In this document: positions 1-9,854 of the stretch, in pieces
Layout of the letters: each line of letters opens with the position of its first letter
Position numbering within the stretch: position 1 is the stretch's first letter
Source: Polyangiaceae bacterium
GTDB taxonomy: Bacteria > Myxococcota_A > Polyangia > Polyangiales > Polyangiaceae
Direction: 5' to 3'
NCBI GenBank assembly: GCA_965222375.1
Contig: CBDCTZ010000014.1
Span: 736,001-800,000, forward strand
DNA: 64,000 nucleotides
Made by a program: the position numbers and the translations under genes
The notes under the pieces: model-generated
Database searches by the model: none
The model's input: the letters and a program-made list of their open reading frames with translations, nothing else
Told to the model about the DNA's origin: nothing

Positions 1-88
1 TCTTTTGGCTGCGTTTCACGTCCGCGCTCGCCGCGCCGGCCAACGCAAGGGCCGCGAGAGTCAACAAAGTCACCTGCAGTCGTCGCAT
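1..88 (-). CDS. 5' part of a secreted protein (runs off the window edge)
   Basis: Minus strand reads MRRLQVTLLTLAALALAGAASADVKRSQK, a signal peptide; GGAGGA lies just upstream. Confidence 0.65.
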   Translation of the reverse strand, partial: MRRLQVTLLTLAALALAGAASADVKRSQK

Positions 89-175
89 CTATCCATCCTC
101 CGGGTTCGTATAGATGAAACCCGGCTCACGGCGGCCGTCTTGGGTCGTCCCCGCATTCAGCTGTAAAAAGCCGGA

Positions 176-703
176 CTACTCCTCACAGGAGCAGGCTTTG
201 ACCTTGGACTCGTTGTCATCGACGATGCGCTTGGCGCGAGTGCAGCGGGCGTCCGTGTCACCGGCCAGTCGGCAAATCGCGTCAGCAGCTCGCTTCAGGG
301 ACGCAAACGCCAGGCATGCTTGGTCGCAGCGTTTGTCGCCGGAAGCCAAGGGCTGTGCCTTGGCGCCGCCGAGCAACTTGGTCAGCTCGGAGTTTGCCTT
401 GTTCAAGGCCGCCTCCGCTTCCGCCACGCTGGTCAGCTCGCGCTCCAAGAGGTCTGTCTTGTCTCGCGCCTTCTTCTTAGGCTTGGCGCTAGTGGGGGCC
501 TCGTCGTCACCGGCGGGCGCCGGTGACGCACCGACCGGCGGAGGTGGCGCGGCGGGAGTGTCCGCCTCAAGTTCGCTCTGCGCGGCCGGCTCGGCTGCCG
601 GGGTTGCGGCCGGAGCCTCGGCTGATTTGGCGCTTTCATCGGCCTGCTTGGAGCAGCCCAGTGCCGCCAGGGCGGCAGCCGTGTACACAAATTTCCGCAT
701 CAT
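176..703 (-). CDS. Lipoprotein with Pro/Ala linker and Cys-containing helical C-terminus
   Basis: Lipobox-like AALGC; C-terminal CDQACLAF...AICRLAG...CTRA...CSC. Confidence 0.7.
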   Translation of the reverse strand: MMRKFVYTAAALAALGCSKQADESAKSAEAPAATPAAEPAAQSELEADTPAAPPPPVGASPAPAGDDEAPTSAKPKKKARDKTDLLERELTSVAEAEAALNKANSELTKLLGGAKAQPLASGDKRCDQACLAFASLKRAADAICRLAGDTDARCTRAKRIVDDNESKVKACSCEE

Positions 704-756
704 TTCGTGGCTCTCCCTTGATAACGCGCCGCGGGCTCAGGCCTTACGCCGGACTT

Positions 757-1950
757 CTACGCTTGGGCGCGGCGGTAGACGGTGACCACCGCCGCACCGC
801 CCAGCCCCAGGTTGTGCTGCAACGCCGCCTGTACGTCCGGCACCTGCCTCTTCTCGGCTTTGCCTCGCAGTTGCCAGCACAGCTCCGCGCACTGCGCCAA
901 GCCCGTTGCACCCAGGGGGTGGCCCTTAGAAATCAGGCCGCCGGAAGGGTTCACCACCCACTTGCCGCCATAGGTGACCGCTCCCGAGTCGATCAGGTCG
1001 CCGCCCTTCCCCTGCTCCGCAAGCCCCAGGGCTTCGTAGGTCAAGAGCTCGTTCGTGCTGAAGCAGTCGTGAAGCTCCACGACCTGAACGTTCTCCGGGC
1101 CGAGCCCGCTCTGCTCGTAGGCCTGCTCCGCCGCCTTCTTGGTCATGTCGAAGCCGACGAGTTTGATGCAGCTCTTGTCGTCGAAGGTGCTCTGGAAATC
1201 CGTCGCCATGGCCATGCCGGCGATTTCCACTGCCTGGTCCTGCAGGCCATGTTTCTTCACGAAGTCTTCGCTGACGACGACCGCTGCTCCTGCGCCTTCC
1301 GAGGTTGGGCAGCATTGAAGCTTGGTGAGCGGTTCGTAGACCATCTTGGCGCTCAAGATGTCGTCCAAGGAGTACTCGTCTCGAAACTGCGAGTAGGGGT
1401 TGTTCACCGAGTGCTTGTGGTTCTTGACGCCGATCTTGGCGAATTGCTCCTTGGTGGTGCCGAACTTGTCCATGTGTTCGCGGCCCGCATTTCCAAAGAT
1501 CTGGGGTGCTGGTGGTGCGGGAGCAAACTCACGCAGCTCCATCATCGTCATCATGTGTTTATCGAGGGGATTGGTGCGGTCCATGTACTTCGCACCGAGG
1601 GATCCCCTCTCCATCTTCTCGAATCCAACCGCCAGCGCCGCTTCGGTCAGCCCACCCTCGACCAATTGCTTGGCAAGGAAGAGTGCCGTGGAGCCCGTCG
1701 AGCAGTTGTTGTTCACGTTGTAGATGGGAATGCCCGTCAGCCCGAGCTCGTAGATGGCCCGCTCGCCACTCGTACTCTCCCCGTAGCAATAGCCAGCGAC
1801 CGCCTGGGTGATCTCCGAATAGTCGATGCCCGCGTCTTTGAGCGCGGCCTCGCCGGCCTCCTTCACCATCTGTGGGTAGTCCCAGTCTCGCGCACCCGGC
1901 TTCTCGAACTTGGTCATGCCCACGCCAACGACGAATACCTTGCGACCCAT
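757..1950 (-). CDS. SCP-x type thiolase / lipid-transfer protein
   Basis: [42 protein letters not shown] and QHNLGLGG motifs; AGGAGG RBS. Confidence 0.93.
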   Translation of the reverse strand: MGRKVFVVGVGMTKFEKPGARDWDYPQMVKEAGEAALKDAGIDYSEITQAVAGYCYGESTSGERAIYELGLTGIPIYNVNNNCSTGSTALFLAKQLVEGGLTEAALAVGFEKMERGSLGAKYMDRTNPLDKHMMTMMELREFAPAPPAPQIFGNAGREHMDKFGTTKEQFAKIGVKNHKHSVNNPYSQFRDEYSLDDILSAKMVYEPLTKLQCCPTSEGAGAAVVVSEDFVKKHGLQDQAVEIAGMAMATDFQSTFDDKSCIKLVGFDMTKKAAEQAYEQSGLGPENVQVVELHDCFSTNELLTYEALGLAEQGKGGDLIDSGAVTYGGKWVVNPSGGLISKGHPLGATGLAQCAELCWQLRGKAEKRQVPDVQAALQHNLGLGGAAVVTVYRRAQA

Positions 1951-2052
1951 GTTGATCTACCTCCTTCGAGCGCGACGAGCGCGTCCATCTAGTAGGCGCG
2001 GCACGCCGGCGCTTCAAGCGTGCATCGTCACCAGGGTGAAAGACATTGGCAG

Positions 2053-2106
2053 GTTGGTTTTTTGGGGTCGTGGAGGTGTTGCGGCAATGGTGCGCTAATC
2101 TCGCAC
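2053..2106 (-). repeat. Dispersed bipartite intergenic motif, copy a
   Basis: Reverse complement reads GTGCGAGATTAG-N24-CGACCCCAAAAAACC. Confidence 0.6.
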
Positions 2107-2200
2107 TGCGCGGTGCTTGTGCTGCCTCGTGCTCAGTCGGGAGCCGAATCGACCGTGGCGCGGCTGCGAGGCCGCTCCAGGTTGTTGCTGCGAAGAATTG

Positions 2201-2257
2201 GCCCAAGTCGGGAGTAGGGGCCTGGTGCCGTGAAGGGACGCGACCCTCAATAAACCA
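2201..2257 (+). repeat. Dispersed bipartite intergenic motif, copy b
   Basis: GGCCCAAGTCGGGAGTAGGGGCC...CGACCCTCAATAAACC. Confidence 0.65.
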
Positions 2258-2323
2258 AAGAAGCACCCCGAGCGCCTGCCCGCATTCAACACGCGGCTAG
2301 CTGCCTCGTTGCGCTGTGCGGCT

Positions 2324-3091
2324 TCAGGCTGCTTGATCCGCGATGCGGTCGTTGGGTTTTTGGCTCGGCTGCGCTGCTGGAGCTTCGTCGGGCGTCAGGC
2401 TTTGCACTAGCTCTTTGGGTGCAATCGTGCCGAAGACCCAGTCGCCGAAGGGGACGGTCACATTGAAGTTCCACTTCTGCATCAGTCGCGGGTCATGGTG
2501 GCGGGCGTGGTGTTCCCGCATGAAGCCGATGAAGGCGCGGCGCCCGATGAAGCTATCTTCGGGCAGGTGGTAGCAGAGATGAGTGATCTCGTAGCTGACA
2601 ACGTAGCCTGCGGAGGAAGCTAGAAAGAGCCACCCGACGTTGGCGCCCAGGAAGTAACCCGCGAGCGCTGCGGCGGGTGCGGTCGCCAGCACGATCCCGA
2701 AGACCCCCATCGCGGGGATGAGGATCAAGCGTAGCTCACGCCACTCAGTGACTGCCATGGAACGATGGCGGTAGACGCGATGGTGCTCCGGCGTGTGGCG
2801 GTCGTATAGGACTGCCATGGGCTTCCAACGGCGATGCAGCAGGTGGCGGTGTGCATGCCACTCGCCAAGATTCGAAAGTAGCAGCACCACCGGGATCGCA
2901 AGCAGCTCCAGGGGGCTCAAGTCGGCGATGAAGTACACGGAGCAAGCGATGGCGACGATACCCACACCGATCGTGCCTGCCATGTGTGCGAGGGGTGAGT
3001 ACCAACCGGGAATGGCGTCGAGCATCGACTGGCGAAACGCCTTGCGGCTTCGCTCGTCGTGGAAGTAGCGGCGTTCCTCCTCCGGACTCAT
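2324..3091 (-). CDS. Fatty acid hydroxylase / sterol desaturase family protein
   Basis: His boxes HAHRHLLH, HTPEHH, HLCYH and HHARHH; NFNVT motif; TM helices. Confidence 0.88.
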   Translation of the reverse strand: MSPEEERRYFHDERSRKAFRQSMLDAIPGWYSPLAHMAGTIGVGIVAIACSVYFIADLSPLELLAIPVVLLLSNLGEWHAHRHLLHRRWKPMAVLYDRHTPEHHRVYRHRSMAVTEWRELRLILIPAMGVFGIVLATAPAAALAGYFLGANVGWLFLASSAGYVVSYEITHLCYHLPEDSFIGRRAFIGFMREHHARHHDPRLMQKWNFNVTVPFGDWVFGTIAPKELVQSLTPDEAPAAQPSQKPNDRIADQAA

Positions 3092-3103
3092 GATCATTCT
3101 ATA

Positions 3104-3123
3104 CATTCTGTATTTACAGAATG
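3104..3123. promoter_or_regulatory. Palindromic operator upstream of the desaturase-family gene
   Basis: CATTCTGTA-TT-TACAGAATG, perfect 9-bp arms in an AT-rich divergent intergenic region. Confidence 0.65.
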
Positions 3124-3204
3124 CAAATTTGGACAAAAACGCGCAGTTTTTGGGAGCGCTGTCGTGCATTCGGGCAGTTGGCAGCCCCGTGGTATTTCCG
3201 GCTG

Positions 3205-3894
3205 ATGGCCAAGACGATCGTCATCTGTGGGTATGGACCCGGCATCAGCGACGCAGTGGCTCGCAAGTTCGGAAAGGCCGGGTTTTCAGTCGCACTGATC
3301 GCGCGGAGCGCGGATAAGCTAGACGCCGCCGTCAAAAGCCTCGAGGCCGCAGGCGTCACAGCCAACGCGTTCCCGGGCGATCTGGGTGACGCGGCGAAAG
3401 TGAAGGCCCTCATCGAAGAAGTTCAGGCCAGCCTGGGCGCGCCCACCGTGGTGCATTGGAATGCTTATGTCGGCGCCGCCGGGGATCTGCTCTCTTGCAA
3501 GCCTGAGGAACTGCGCAGCGTGCTCGCGGTGGGGGTCGAAGGCCTCGTGGCCGCCGTGCAAGCTGCATTGCCCGGCATGAAGGGTCAGTCGGACGCAGCG
3601 GTTCTCGTTACTGGCGGCGGCTTCTCGATCTACGACGTGAACATCGACAAGATGATCGTGCAATTCAACGCCATGGGTTTGGGAGTGACGAAGGCCGCGC
3701 AGCACAAGCTGGTGCGGGTTCTCAATCGCGCTCTGGCGGACAAGGGCGTCTACGTGGGCGAAGTCACGGTACTCGGCATTGTGAAGGGAACCGCCTTCGA
3801 TTCGGGCCAAGCCACCATCGAGCCCACTTCCGTTGCCGACTTGTTCTACCAGTTGTACCAGCAGCGCAAAGACGTGTCGGTTCCCTGCGGCTGA
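3205..3894 (+). CDS. Short-chain dehydrogenase/reductase
   Basis: N-terminal GYGPGIS Rossmann motif; NA motif; catalytic Tyr position reads GVTK instead of YxxxK. Confidence 0.85.
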   Translation: MAKTIVICGYGPGISDAVARKFGKAGFSVALIARSADKLDAAVKSLEAAGVTANAFPGDLGDAAKVKALIEEVQASLGAPTVVHWNAYVGAAGDLLSCKPEELRSVLAVGVEGLVAAVQAALPGMKGQSDAAVLVTGGGFSIYDVNIDKMIVQFNAMGLGVTKAAQHKLVRVLNRALADKGVYVGEVTVLGIVKGTAFDSGQATIEPTSVADLFYQLYQQRKDVSVPCG

Positions 3895-3957
3895 GGCAGC
3901 GCGGCGCGCCCTGCGTCAAGCGCAACCAGCGCAAATGCCCCTGCTCAATAGGGCTAC

Positions 3958-5523
3958 GTGACTTCCAGCGACAACTGCGTATGCTCGGCGCTCGCAGGGC
4001 GACCATTGGTTGAAGCTGATACAGCACCTCGCTATCACGCGGGGGATCGCATTGGGTCCGGGATCTGTCTTGTGCGGCAGCTCGATTCCGGCGGCATGGG
4101 CGCGATCTGGGTTGGACATCACGAATCCCTCGACCTGCCAGTCGCGGTGAAGCTGGTTCATGCCGAACTATCGGGCAGTGACGTGGCCGAGCGTTTACTG
4201 GCCGAAGCCCGTATCGTCGCGCGACTCGATCACCCCGCCGTCGTGCGGGTCCTCGATTGCGGTCGAACCAATCACGACGACCCTTTCGTCGTGATGGAGC
4301 TCCTCACCGGGGAGTGCCTGTCGGACCGTCTGGACCGGGTATCGCGGCTCGAACCCATCGAAGCAGTCGAGATCCTCTTGCCCATCGTCGATGCGCTGCG
4401 TCTCGTGCACGAGTCTGGAGTGGTGCACAGGGACATCAAGCCCGACAACATCTACTTGGCGAATACCCCAGCGGGAGGAGTTCAGCCGAAGCTCATCGAC
4501 TTTGGGATCGCCCTGTCTGACTTCGCGGGCGTCGTCGCGACCCATGGTGGCGTGGTGGGCAGCCCGGCTTACATGTCCCCCGAGCAGGCATTGGGGAAAG
4601 CCAACGTTGGCTACGCCTCGGACGTTTGGGCTGTTTGCGTCGCATTGATCGAGACCCTGACTGGCAACGTGCCCTTTGAGTCGGACGACTACGACGCCAC
4701 ACTTCAGGCGATCGTCTACGACGAGTGCCCGTCTTTGGAGGTCATGGGCATCGCGGATCCCGGCCTGCGCTCGATTATCGAGCGGGGATTGGTCAAAGAT
4801 CCGGAGGCCCGCTGGCCTTCGGCGCAGGCCCTGGGTGTTGCCCTCGCGCAGTGGCTCTTCGACCACGGGGTGACCGAAGACGCCGCTCGGGTCTCCCTGC
4901 GGGCGGCGTGGCTGGGCAGGAAAGCGACCTCTTCCTTTCCGCCGGTGACGGCCAGCGTTGCCCCGTCAGTGCGGCCACCGAAGCCAACCCAAGAGCGGCG
5001 GTCGCCCAGATCTGTGGACCGGCCCGCACTGCCCACGGCACACGCGGCGGTGCCTAACCCTCGAAGTACGGCGCGCAGCCCACTGCTCATTGCAGCGGTT
5101 TTGATATCGGCAGCAGTCCTCGGGTTCGTGGTTTTTCGGTCGCCTTCGTCAGCGCCGGCAACGCCCGCCGCCGCTGCACCAGATCTGAACACGTCCCAGG
5201 CGAGACGCACGGACATCGTCCGTGCTCCAGCGGGTCCTGCCACCTTTGCAGCAAAGCCAGTGGCGAAGGGGGAGTCAGCACCTACCCCTGCGGCAGCAGC
5301 TCCCACGGATCCCAAGCAGAAGTTCGAGACCCCACGCGGCGCGCCCGCAAAGCCCCGCCCGAAGTCGAGAGCCGTTCCTCCCAAGAACACGCCGCGTCTA
5401 GAGACTACCGCCGAGCCCGTCGAAGCCACTGCGCCAGAAGAAGCACCCCCAGACCCGACGCCTGCACAAGCCAGCGAGTCGGCGCCAGGGGATAGGCCGG
5501 TGTATCGTCCAGCCCTGCCCTGA
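3958..5523 (+). CDS. Ser/Thr protein kinase with TM helix and Pro-rich C-terminus
   Basis: GGMGAIW, VAVK, HRDIKPDN, DFG, YMSPEQ and SDVW motifs; start uncertain. Confidence 0.92.
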   Translation: MTSSDNCVCSALAGRPLVEADTAPRYHAGDRIGSGICLVRQLDSGGMGAIWVGHHESLDLPVAVKLVHAELSGSDVAERLLAEARIVARLDHPAVVRVLDCGRTNHDDPFVVMELLTGECLSDRLDRVSRLEPIEAVEILLPIVDALRLVHESGVVHRDIKPDNIYLANTPAGGVQPKLIDFGIALSDFAGVVATHGGVVGSPAYMSPEQALGKANVGYASDVWAVCVALIETLTGNVPFESDDYDATLQAIVYDECPSLEVMGIADPGLRSIIERGLVKDPEARWPSAQALGVALAQWLFDHGVTEDAARVSLRAAWLGRKATSSFPPVTASVAPSVRPPKPTQERRSPRSVDRPALPTAHAAVPNPRSTARSPLLIAAVLISAAVLGFVVFRSPSSAPATPAAAAPDLNTSQARRTDIVRAPAGPATFAAKPVAKGESAPTPAAAAPTDPKQKFETPRGAPAKPRPKSRAVPPKNTPRLETTAEPVEATAPEEAPPDPTPAQASESAPGDRPVYRPALP

Positions 5524-5532
5524 GGCTGCGGC

Positions 5533-6531
5533 TCACACGAGGGCCACGAGGTACGCAAGCCACCCAGGCTGATTCTCAGCGCGTTTGGTGACCTTGTAGT
5601 CCTCGTCGTCTTCGTCTTCGGCCTGATCCCAGTACACGTGGACGGCGGAAAACCCGGCTTCGAGCAGCAATTCTTTCAGCTCCGGCAAGCTCCAGTAGCG
5701 CCACTCGTAGCGGAACGCCTTGGTCATCTTGGTACCGTCCTTGAATTCGAAGTGAATGTAGTTGACCACTCGGTGCGTGACGGGATCGAACTCGTCCTGG
5801 TCCCAAACGTAGGTGAACTTGCGCTTGATGCTGCGCCGTTCGTACATGGGCTCCACGGCTTCCCAGCCGCCGTAGCTGTCCATCGCGAAAATGCCGTCCT
5901 TGGCTAGGCCCGCGCGCACCTTCTTGAAGTAGTCGCGCATTTCGTCGCGGGTCGTGAAGATCCAGTAGCTGAAGTTGAACGCGCAGACCGCGTCGAACTT
6001 CTTCCGGCTCTTGGCGCGCACATCTTGGCGCAGTAGCTCGACTCGCTGTGCGGTCTCGCCCAGGGGCGCAATGTTGTTGCGCTTACCCCAGGCGAGCACC
6101 CTGGCATCGATGTCGACGCCTGTCGCGGTTCGCTCCTTGTCCGAGGAGACCCAATGGGAACAGATCAGTGCGGTGCCGCAGAAGTCTTCTCGCAGGGTCA
6201 GGGCCTTGCGCTTGCGGTGGTCCTTGAAGGCGTCCGCAATGAACTGCACTTCCACCTCGGCGTCCTGCACGGCCATCTGATACAGCACGTGCTTGTCGGC
6301 GGTCTTGGCCGTGAACACCTGCGCGGGCTTCTTGGCTGCGCGGCGCTTTGTGGGCTTCTTGCCTGCCGATTTCGCCGCCTTCTTGGCTGTCGGCTTCGCT
6401 GCCTTGACGCCGTTTTTCTTCTTCGCGCCGCTGGCCAGACCGTTCTTGCCGTTCGCGTTGGCCGTCCTGGCGCCACGCGCCCTGGGCTTGCTTCGAGTTT
6501 TCGGACTGGTTCTTGTGGTGGTGTTCATCAC
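5533..6531 (-). CDS. Class I SAM-dependent methyltransferase with Lys/Ala-rich N-terminal tail
   Basis: EDFCGTA motif I, GVDID, QDV and AFNFSY; the first ~70 aa are low-complexity and basic. Confidence 0.85.
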   Translation of the reverse strand: MMNTTTRTSPKTRSKPRARGARTANANGKNGLASGAKKKNGVKAAKPTAKKAAKSAGKKPTKRRAAKKPAQVFTAKTADKHVLYQMAVQDAEVEVQFIADAFKDHRKRKALTLREDFCGTALICSHWVSSDKERTATGVDIDARVLAWGKRNNIAPLGETAQRVELLRQDVRAKSRKKFDAVCAFNFSYWIFTTRDEMRDYFKKVRAGLAKDGIFAMDSYGGWEAVEPMYERRSIKRKFTYVWDQDEFDPVTHRVVNYIHFEFKDGTKMTKAFRYEWRYWSLPELKELLLEAGFSAVHVYWDQAEDEDDEDYKVTKRAENQPGWLAYLVALV

Positions 6532-8475
6532 TCATTGATCCATTACGACGATGCCAAATGCGGCGTCCTCGTATAGCCGATCGAACTGCGACGCAAACTT
6601 CTTTTCGATGTTCTTGCGCTTGGCTTTCAGGGTCGGAGTGATCTCGTCTTCGTCCAAGGAAAGCTCGCGTTCCAGAACGAACACACGCTTGACCTGTTCC
6701 ACTCGCGAAAGTTTTTCGTTTCCTTTGCGCACGGCCGCAGAGATGCGCTTCTTGAGCTCCGACTCCCCGGTCACGGTCTTCATCAAGTCGAGCAAGCCGT
6801 CCGGTTGAGCTAGGGGGTTTTCCATCAAGGCGCGTTTCATGCGTTCGATGGCAGCCTTGTCTTTCACCAGGCCGCGCTCGCTGGCGTATTCGATGGCCTC
6901 CATCGGGCTAATGGTGATCATCGCGGTGACGAAGGGCCGACGGTCGCCATGGGCGTGTACCTGGCTGATCATCGGGTCCTGGGTCTTGATTTCGTTCTCG
7001 ATGTTGGCAGGGGTCAGGTTCTTGCCACCGGCGGTGATGATGATGTGCTTCTTGCGATCGACGATGTAGAGGTAGCCGTCGGAATCCTGCTTGCCGATGT
7101 CGCCCGTGTGCAGCCAGCCGTCGTCGTCGACCGCCTCCCGGGTCGCGTCAGGGCTCTTGTAATAGCCCTGGAACACGGTCTTGCCGCGGACGAGGATCTC
7201 GCCGTCGTCGGCGAGCTTCTCTTCGATGAAGGGCAGGTTCTTGCCCACGGAGCCCAAGCGGACTTGTCCCGGCTTGTTGGCGTGGCTCACGACCGTGGCC
7301 TCGGTCATGCCGTAGACCTCGTAGATGGGGAAGCCCGCTGCCCAGAAGAACTGCAAGATCCGCTTGGGAATGGGGGCCGCCCCAGTGATGAAGAACTTCA
7401 CCCGGCCCCCGAAGACTCCACGCAGCTTCGAAAAGACGATGCGGTCAGCAAGCTTGTATTTCAGGCTCAACCCAAGGGGCAGAGACTCCCCGCGCTGCCA
7501 GCGCTCGACGACTTGGTGCCCGGTGGCCTCGGCCCAGCGAAACACCTTCTGTTTGCCGCCGGGAGCCTTGTCGACTTCGCTTTGAATCCGCGCGTAGGCC
7601 TTCTCGAAAATTCGCGGCACACTTCCGAAGATCGTGGGCCGCACTTCTTTCACCTCCTCGAGGACGGCGGGGATGCTCGTGGCGTAGGCCGTGGCCGTGC
7701 CGTAGTTGATGCGTCCGTAGAAGGCCAAGACTCGCTCAGCCACGTGGGCCATGGGCAAGAAGGAGAGCGTGATGTCGTCCTCGTCGAATTCCATGATCGC
7801 GGGATGCGAAAGCACCGTCGCGATGTTCTCGTGGCTGATCATCGCGCCCTTTGGCGGGCCGGTCGTTCCGCTGGTGTAGACGATGATGGCGGTGTCCGCA
7901 GGTTTCACCTCGGCAACGCGTTTTTCGATGCGCTCCCTCGACGCCCTCGTCTTGAGCACCGCACTCAGCGGCACCACCCAATCGATGCCATCGAGCTCTT
8001 TGTCCAAGCCGGTGTCACGCCACAGAATGACTTTCTCCAGCTTTTCGAGCTTCGGTTTTTCGTTGATGATCTTCTGGAGCTGCTCGAAGTCTTCGACGAT
8101 GGCGAAGCGCGAATCCGAGTGGTCCAGAATATAGGCAAGCTGGTCTGGGGTCAGGGTTGGGTAGGCGCCGACGGTGACGGCGCCCGCCAGCAACCCTCCG
8201 AAGTCCGAGATGCACCACTCCGGTCGGGTGCTGCCGACCACCGTGACCTTGTCCCCCAACGCTAGGCCTTGATCCAGCAGCCAGGTCGCGACGCTTGCCG
8301 CCGCCTCGTAGAACTCGTGCCACGAGGTCTTCTCCCAGATGCCTTCCTCTTTCTTCTGAAAGGCGAGGGCCGCCGCGCTGCGCTCCGCCCGTTTCAAGAA
8401 CATCTCCGCGAGCGTGCTTGCGTCCGGGAAGATGGGTGTGGCGGCCCGGGTGGGCAATACGACGTCGTCGAGCAT
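6532..8475 (-). CDS. Long-chain fatty acid-CoA ligase (AMP-binding)
   Basis: YTSGTTGPPKG, YGMTE, LHTGDIG, DRKK and GKN motifs. Confidence 0.93.
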   Translation of the reverse strand: MLDDVVLPTRAATPIFPDASTLAEMFLKRAERSAAALAFQKKEEGIWEKTSWHEFYEAAASVATWLLDQGLALGDKVTVVGSTRPEWCISDFGGLLAGAVTVGAYPTLTPDQLAYILDHSDSRFAIVEDFEQLQKIINEKPKLEKLEKVILWRDTGLDKELDGIDWVVPLSAVLKTRASRERIEKRVAEVKPADTAIIVYTSGTTGPPKGAMISHENIATVLSHPAIMEFDEDDITLSFLPMAHVAERVLAFYGRINYGTATAYATSIPAVLEEVKEVRPTIFGSVPRIFEKAYARIQSEVDKAPGGKQKVFRWAEATGHQVVERWQRGESLPLGLSLKYKLADRIVFSKLRGVFGGRVKFFITGAAPIPKRILQFFWAAGFPIYEVYGMTEATVVSHANKPGQVRLGSVGKNLPFIEEKLADDGEILVRGKTVFQGYYKSPDATREAVDDDGWLHTGDIGKQDSDGYLYIVDRKKHIIITAGGKNLTPANIENEIKTQDPMISQVHAHGDRRPFVTAMITISPMEAIEYASERGLVKDKAAIERMKRALMENPLAQPDGLLDLMKTVTGESELKKRISAAVRKGNEKLSRVEQVKRVFVLERELSLDEDEITPTLKAKRKNIEKKFASQFDRLYEDAAFGIVVMDQ

Positions 8476-8545
8476 GGTGTTTGGATCCTCCCTCTTGGGT
8501 GGCCGCCCCAGGGCCGCCCCCGGAAAAAAATTGACGCCGGTTATA

Positions 8546-9763
8546 TCAGCGTTTGGCGGGTTCGCAGCTGTAGAGTCGCGCCCAGGTTCGAAAGTCCGCC
8601 ACGTAGGCGATCAGCACGCCCTGCGCGGTTTCGGCCGCGGAGACGTTGGCGAACGCGCTCGCGCGGGCCACTACACTACTGCTGCCCAGGCCCGATGCCG
8701 CCAACTTGGCTATGTGCAGCTCTTGTGGAGAGCGCGGCCTCGGTGCCGCGGGGCGCGCGTAAACCACCATGGTTCCCCCACAGCCGGTGCTGATCGCCAC
8801 CGGGGCGGGGTCGAGCCCGTTTGGATAGGCTCGCCAGGTCACCGGCGCGCCCATCTTCGGCGGGGAGCCGACGCGCACCTCCGCCAGCCCAAAGCGCGTG
8901 ATGTCCCGCTCCAAGGGCACCAGGCCGATGACTTCGTCATCAGCTGGGGCCGCGGTAATCTCGGTCAGCGACTGGGCGGGGCCGGCCACCCAGACGACCA
9001 CGTCCTTGTCTAGCTTGGGCTTGGAGTCTTCGAAGCCCACGACTCGTGCGTGGACCGGAGTCATTCCGGTTCGTCCCTCCAGGGCGAGCACGTATAGGGA
9101 GTCTGCGGTCGCCGCCATGGACACACTGGTCGCGGCGCTACCTTCCGGCGACATCACCAGGGGCTCCGAGCCCTCGACCCAGAGATATGCCGCGCCCCGT
9201 GCGTCCTTGGTGACCGGAGCGCCGATGTACGCAACCGCCGCAGGTCGATTGTCCGACTTGGGCAGCGCGGTCACACGGGTGCCGCTTCGAGCGTTTGCGG
9301 CCAGCGTCTCCAAGGTCCCACCCTTGAGTTTTCGCCGGACGAGTCGTCCCGAGGATATCCAGTAGGCATACGGACCCGCGACGCTGGGACCGCGCGCAAT
9401 CGCGAACTGGTCTTTGGGCTCCTTGACCGCTTTGACCTCGCCCTTCTTCTTGGCCAGCGGGGCCAGCGCGATTCGGTCGTCTTTGGTGATCAGCACCACG
9501 CCGCGAGCGCTTGCCGCAATGGGACCCGCTGGGCCGACATCGTTCAGGGCGAGAAGTGCGCTGCCCCCATCACCTGCGTCGCTGGCGGCGTCGGGCTCGT
9601 CCAGCTGGGGAGAGGATGCGACTGCTGCGGCGCTCTTGCTCGCGCCCGGAGATGCCGCGGCCACCGGGGCCTTGGACGAGGCCGGCGCAGGTTTCTTCGG
9701 TTTGCTTTTGCAGCCGCCCGCCATCAGGGTTGCCACGAGCGCGAGACTGAGAAGCGGTTGCAC
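8546..9763 (-). CDS. Hypothetical lipoprotein, beta-rich
   Basis: LALVATLMAGGC lipobox followed by a Pro/Ala linker; start guessed. Confidence 0.65.
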   Translation of the reverse strand: MQPLLSLALVATLMAGGCKSKPKKPAPASSKAPVAAASPGASKSAAAVASSPQLDEPDAASDAGDGGSALLALNDVGPAGPIAASARGVVLITKDDRIALAPLAKKKGEVKAVKEPKDQFAIARGPSVAGPYAYWISSGRLVRRKLKGGTLETLAANARSGTRVTALPKSDNRPAAVAYIGAPVTKDARGAAYLWVEGSEPLVMSPEGSAATSVSMAATADSLYVLALEGRTGMTPVHARVVGFEDSKPKLDKDVVVWVAGPAQSLTEITAAPADDEVIGLVPLERDITRFGLAEVRVGSPPKMGAPVTWRAYPNGLDPAPVAISTGCGGTMVVYARPAAPRPRSPQELHIAKLAASGLGSSSVVARASAFANVSAAETAQGVLIAYVADFRTWARLYSCEPAKR

Positions 9764-9854
9764 GAGTACCGCTTCTGCCACAGGCGAGCCGGGCGCGCGA
9801 GGCCGGGTGACCAACCGGTTTTGCTTCTTCCGGTCAACGCGGCTATTGGGGCGC

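Noticed and set aside
523..1992. Long antisense or alternate-frame ORFs (also 6949-8265, 43599-45212, 46251-48599 and others)
   Set aside because: Expected in high-GC DNA opposite well-supported genes; they have no recognisable motifs.
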